Shown here in pieces: positions 59,116 through 64,000 of a stretch of DNA of 64,000 nt (positions are counted from its first letter, which is position 1; every line of letters begins with the position of its first letter). Where the stretch lies: contig OZ024759.1 of assembly GCA_964016885.1 (NCBI GenBank), positions 18,662,001-18,726,000 of the forward strand, written 5' to 3'. The notes under the pieces were generated by a model, which had not been told where the DNA came from, did not search any database, and saw nothing but the letters and a program-made list of their open reading frames with translations. Origin of the DNA: Eledone cirrhosa. Lineage: Eukaryota. A program made the position numbers and the translations under genes.

Positions 59116-59922
59116 TAGATAAATCTACCAAAATATACGGTAGTGTCCAATCCGTATGACGAACTCAATGTAATCCAAATATCACGAAAAGAGAAGATGC
59201 ATTAAAAAATGTTGGATGAAAATTCCAGGAAAACAGAGTCAAGATAAATTAATAAAAACAATGAATAAAAACAAAGACCAAGTTCCTTATATAAAAAAAA
59301 TCATAATTTTACGATCGTTTCTAGGATATATATATGTGTTGGTATGTATATCATATAGATCTATGTAAAAATATTACAAATTTATCCCTATAAGTATACC
59401 TATCAATTAATTTAATTCCTTGTGTTTTAAATAAGATTGGTATTTCTCACTAATACCTTTACCCTAAAACTTTACTCTCCTTCGTTTTTAACATTATTTT
59501 TAATAACATCAAATTTTCTTGTACCCTTCACCGACTTGACCTCCTTTCATTCCCAAAATATTCTTTTCATTCAAAGTATTCTTTCCATTCAAAACATAAG
59601 TCTGCATTCCTCTACCCCTAAATTAAATTTCTACTACTACTATTCTATCAACTTGACCTCTTACTACTTTTCTATTGGTCAATTCAAAACCTGTTCCCAA
59701 AACAGACCTATTATATTAAATCTTTGTTGTTTTTTCTCAATAAACATATCTCATTATTTCTGAAGACAGCATATATATGTGAAGGAATGTATATTTCCTC
59801 TGATAGTTTGTGATATTTTTACATAGATCTATACCAACACACACATATATACCCTAGAAACGATCGTAAAATGATGAATTTTTTAATATATGGAACTTGT
59901 TCTTTGTTTTTATTAATTTATA
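59116..59922. mobile_element. Inverted-arm PLE-like remnant with about 360 bp spacer and long-stem HHR
   Basis: Left arm plus tail on the minus strand (59116-59385), right arm on the plus strand. HHR 59751-59877: TCATTATTT-CTGAAGA-(about 90 nt stem II)-GAAA-CGATCG-TA-AAATGATGA, with a 9-bp stem I. Confidence 0.8.
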
Positions 59923-60092
59923 AATATATATATATTGAGTATATGTTGGTTGCTTACCGACACCTCAGTATGAAGATTAGAGCACTCGACGAAGTAGGCA
60001 AGTTGGTTTGTTTACTCCGGAATAACGTAAAATATGTAAATATTAAGTCAAATATGTAAAATTTGGCCTCGTTTATTATAAATTATAGATAT

Positions 60093-60147
60093 AGTGGTAT
60101 ATATATTTCGGTGACAGCCATCATTGGCTGTGATCTCTTCAGGCAGT
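60093..60147 (-). ncRNA. Decayed type I HHR in a TA-flanked island (about 59935-60265)
   Basis: Minus strand CTGAAGA-gatcACAGCCA-atga-TGGCTGTcacc-GAAA-TATATA-TA. Stem I is poor. The downstream tail contains GAGTGCTCTAATC, like the 10.9 kb tail. Confidence 0.55.
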
Positions 60148-60403
60148 CCGAATTGGTGTAGGAAAGACAGGTACACATGTTATTGAAGTGTGTTTTACTC
60201 CGTCAATACATCGATATCTCCAGCTCCTGGTTGTGTTGTTATTTCCTTGAGGAACTGGAATCATATATTTATATATATATATATATATTATATTTAATTA
60301 TTTTTCCCACATCTTACGTTAACTATTTTCCCATTTTGACGCTATAGTCACTTATATTATGGAATACTGTTGGCTTCTTGCTACAATAATTTCTATACTT
60401 TTC

Positions 60404-60446
<43 letters not shown>

Positions 60447-60450
<4 letters not shown>

Positions 60451-60630
60451 AAAATGGGGAGAAAAATACTGCTGGTAGCACATGGATAATATGTAATAAA
60501 ATAAGTCCCTCATCAGTGATTTGCCGACGATCATAGATATTTCATTGCATTAAAAATCAATGATTTTTAATGCAATGAAATATCTATGATCGTCGGCAAA
60601 TCACTGATGAGGGACTTATTTTATTTCATT
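60447..60630. mobile_element. Asymmetric palindrome containing GAAA...CTGATGA
   Basis: Arms about 60491-60559 and 60561-60629 around a single central base, with a left extension of about 45 bp. (TA)n on both sides. Confidence 0.8.
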
Positions 60631-61004
60631 ATATATATATATATATATATACACATATATATAATATTCTACTTATATAAGGAGGTACCAGAATGTCACT
60701 GAAAGTAAGTGAAATCTGTTTTTGTGTACAAATGATATGTTATATGTTGTTGAGTTTTCAGATATATAGGTGGAAACAAATGAAAACGAAAAAGACGAGG
60801 TTCAGTGATTAATTAATCCATTGTCTTATGGTAGTTTCAAAAGATGAAATGAACAATGGTGATATCGATATAGTGACTAATTAAAAGCAGCTACGCTACT
60901 CCATAGAATTAGGCAATATATTGTTCAATTCACTCTTTAAAATGACCATAAATCATTTCACTAATCAACCTCTTCTTCACTTATCAACCTCCACACACAC
61001 ACAC

Positions 61005-61048
<44 letters not shown>

Positions 61049-61304
61049 GACCTACCAGTTCACAGAAACAATTGTCAGCAATGAGATTAAAAACCTTTTT
61101 TGTATAGCAAACCGTGTCATCCTCTTTCCTGATTTATCATTACTCCAAGTGTTTACAACATAGGAGTTACAGCGTACTCGCAACATCAATATTGAAACGC
61201 CTTGTTGAGTCAAACTTAGCCAAGCGTTGATATCATCCACTACCCGGAGTACCATAACTGGACTACACCTAAGTGGACTACCTATAACAATAATCTGTTA
61301 CTCC

Positions 61305-61356
<52 letters not shown>

Positions 61357-61359
<3 letters not shown>

Positions 61360-61505
61360 AACGCGTAGTCCAGAATTAGCCGACGAAACGGCTTGAGCTC
61401 AGCCGTCGAGGTCCTACTCGTTCCTATTACCCACTCTACTACCCTAAGTATTGAGTACTTTGGTGCGTTATGGTCCACCTGGTTCCTTACCACATTTCCT
61501 TCGTT
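61357..61505 (+). mobile_element. Arm plus tail of the 11.8/16.4 kb family, with a stub of the inverted arm
   Basis: ATAGGAACG stub (inverse of CGTTCCTAT), then AGTCCAGAATTAGCCGACGAAACGGCTTGAGCTCAGCCGTC...GAGTACTTTGG...CCTTCGTT. Confidence 0.8.
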
Positions 61506-61579
61506 ATATATATATATATATATATTTATTTATTTAGTTATATATATATATATATACATATATATTACATATATTATAA

Positions 61580-61739
61580 CGGCGATGAATTAGTTTTGCG
61601 AGGTTTTTCATATGAAATCGTGTGTCGAAACAAATATTGTTATACTTGGAAAGGGTCATATTTGTGTAATATTGCCAGTGTGTTCTGTTATTAATTCTGG
61701 CAATATTACACAAATATGACCCTCCCCAAGTATAACAAC

Positions 61740-61740
<1 letters not shown>
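61580..61740. mobile_element. Mini-palindrome with the same two termini as the coding PLE at 2261-4698
   Basis: 61580-61678 matches 2262-2360 and 61678-61740 matches about 4635-4696. Confidence 0.92.
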
Positions 61741-61801
<61 letters not shown>

Positions 61802-61850
61802 TATATACATTATATTGTGTATATGTATATTGATATACCCCCCCCCCCCC

Positions 61851-61886
<36 letters not shown>

Positions 61887-61972
61887 GGAAAAATTTGAAC
61901 AGGAACAAAACAGAGAGGCAGTACAACGAATGTTTATTAATTTCACGCTCTGGAAAGTGGGGTGGTGGTGGG

Positions 61973-62008
61973 GAACGACGTTTCGGGCATAAGCCCTTCC
62001 TCAGGTGA
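61973..62008 (-). ncRNA. Minimal HHR core in a PLE-like 3' end (about 61882-62055; tail-only copy at 58320-58400)
   Basis: Minus strand CTGAGGA-A-GGGC-ttat-GCCC-GAAA-CG-TC. Stem I is weak. Confidence 0.65.
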
Positions 62009-62495
62009 GAAGTGTGTGGGAACAGAGTTCAAAGGGTGTGTAGGGGAGTGGTGGAGAGACATATAGCGAAAGGAAACGGTGATATATGAGCTCAGCTTAT
62101 TCATTCATTTTTACTGAAATGGTGGATTACCGTGCGCGGAACTTCGCTTGTGCAACCTGTCTAAATGTACTAAGTGATGGAGTTGATATGATCGACCAAA
62201 ATCTCTTAATAGGACTGCCCCAGCATGACCCTGGTCTGACATTCGAAACCAGAGAAATAATAACTGTCCATGGATGGAAACAGGTGTTTGGTTCTATTAC
62301 GGCTCTCCTCGGATTTATAGTACCTCAATCATATATATCTCCTCGCTATTTATAGTACCTCAATCATATATATCTCCGTTAAATATGCATAAACAGTTCT
62401 ATACTAGAAAACATATTTTTGATTAACCATAAATATGTTATAGGTGAATCCGCGATGCATTTTACCCTCTTTTTGCTGCGTTCGTATATATAATT

Positions 62496-62527
<32 letters not shown>

Positions 62528-62538
62528 TATATATATAT

Positions 62539-63039
62539 GTAGATAAATCTACCAAAATGTACGGTAGTGTCCAATCCGTATGAAGAACTCAATGTAATCC
62601 GAATATCATGAAAAGAGAAGATGTATTCAAAAAATGTTTTCGGTGAAAATTAACGGAAAACAGAGTCAAGATAAATGAATAAAATAATGAATAAACAAAG
62701 AAACAGTTCCTTATATTAAAAAATTCATTTTACGATCGTTTCTAGGATATATATGTTAGTGTTGGTATGCATATCCTATAGATCTATGTAAAATGTTTAC
62801 AAACTATCAGAGGGAGTATACATACCTACACATATATATATGCTGTCTTCAGAAATATTTCTGAAGACAGCATATATATATGTGTGGGTGTGTATATTCC
62901 CTCTGATAGTTTGTAAAAATTTTACATAGATCTATAGGATATGCATACCAACACTAACATATATATCCTAGAAACGATCGTAAAATGACGAATTTTTTAA
63001 TATAAGGAACTGTTTCTTTGTTTATTCATTATTTTATTC

Positions 63040-63045
<6 letters not shown>
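62539..63045. mobile_element. Spacer-less asymmetric palindrome with long-stem HHR on both arms
   Basis: Centre CAGAAAT|ATTTCTG at 62856/62857, arms 62671-62856 and 62857-63045, tail 62539-62670. Plus HHR has CTGAAGA at 62861-62867 and GAAA-CGATCG-TA at 62971-62982. Confidence 0.88.
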
Positions 63046-63126
<81 letters not shown>

Positions 63127-63182
63127 GTAACGATGATGTTCAGAGCATCAATTATACAAATTTAAATATATATCTTTTAAAC

Positions 63183-63490
<308 letters not shown>

Positions 63491-63497
63491 TATATAT

Positions 63498-63530
<33 letters not shown>

Positions 63531-63577
63531 ATTTCTAACAAAATTAAAGACATTGTCTGATATACATATAGTTCCGG

Positions 63578-63620
<43 letters not shown>

Positions 63621-63744
63621 ATATATATATATATATATTTATATATATAATAATATATATATATATATATTTATATATATAATAATATATATATATATAT
63701 ATTTATATATATAATAATATATATATATATATATTTATATATAT

Positions 63745-63828
<84 letters not shown>

Positions 63829-63850
63829 ATTTATATATATATATATAATA

Positions 63851-63881
<31 letters not shown>

Positions 63882-64000
63882 AGTGCGTGTGTGTGTGCGT
63901 GTGCGTTTCTGTGTATACACCATACATACACATATCTCAGATACACTCAGCTGCAAACGAAGTCTAGCAATCCAATATATACACATATTTTAAGTCCTAA

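Overview
AT-rich, microsatellite-dominated animal genomic DNA, probably intronic or intergenic. The SINE and repeat content looks octopus/cephalopod-like, which is an inference. Nearly all long ORFs in the supplied track are (TA)n/(CA)n artefacts. The one real coding sequence is a 5'-truncated but otherwise uninterrupted Penelope-like retroelement (PLE) ORF at 2383-4176, encoding an RT plus a C-terminal GIY-YIG endonuclease. It sits between (TA)n arrays, has inverted termini and carries a hammerhead-like motif in its 3' region. The most striking pattern is about 20 short islands of unique sequence embedded in (TA)n arrays, belonging to several unrelated families. Many carry type I hammerhead ribozyme (HHR) cores. 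Many are asymmetric head-to-head palindromes with one short arm and one arm extended by a 55-135 nt tail. The tails of several families share an ACTC...GAGT(G/A/T)(C/T)T stem that begins just after the point where the short arm stops. One such mini-palindrome (61580-61740) has the same two ends as the coding PLE, tying the architecture to PLE retrotransposition into (TA)n. Also present: many tRNA-derived SINEs, RTE LINE fragments and an RTE-derived non-autonomous element, hAT, Tc1/mariner and piggyBac-like MITEs, a non-autonomous Helitron, a foldback built of TTAGG-containing palindromic units, and several minisatellites, one with higher-order structure. All folds and alignments were done by eye.
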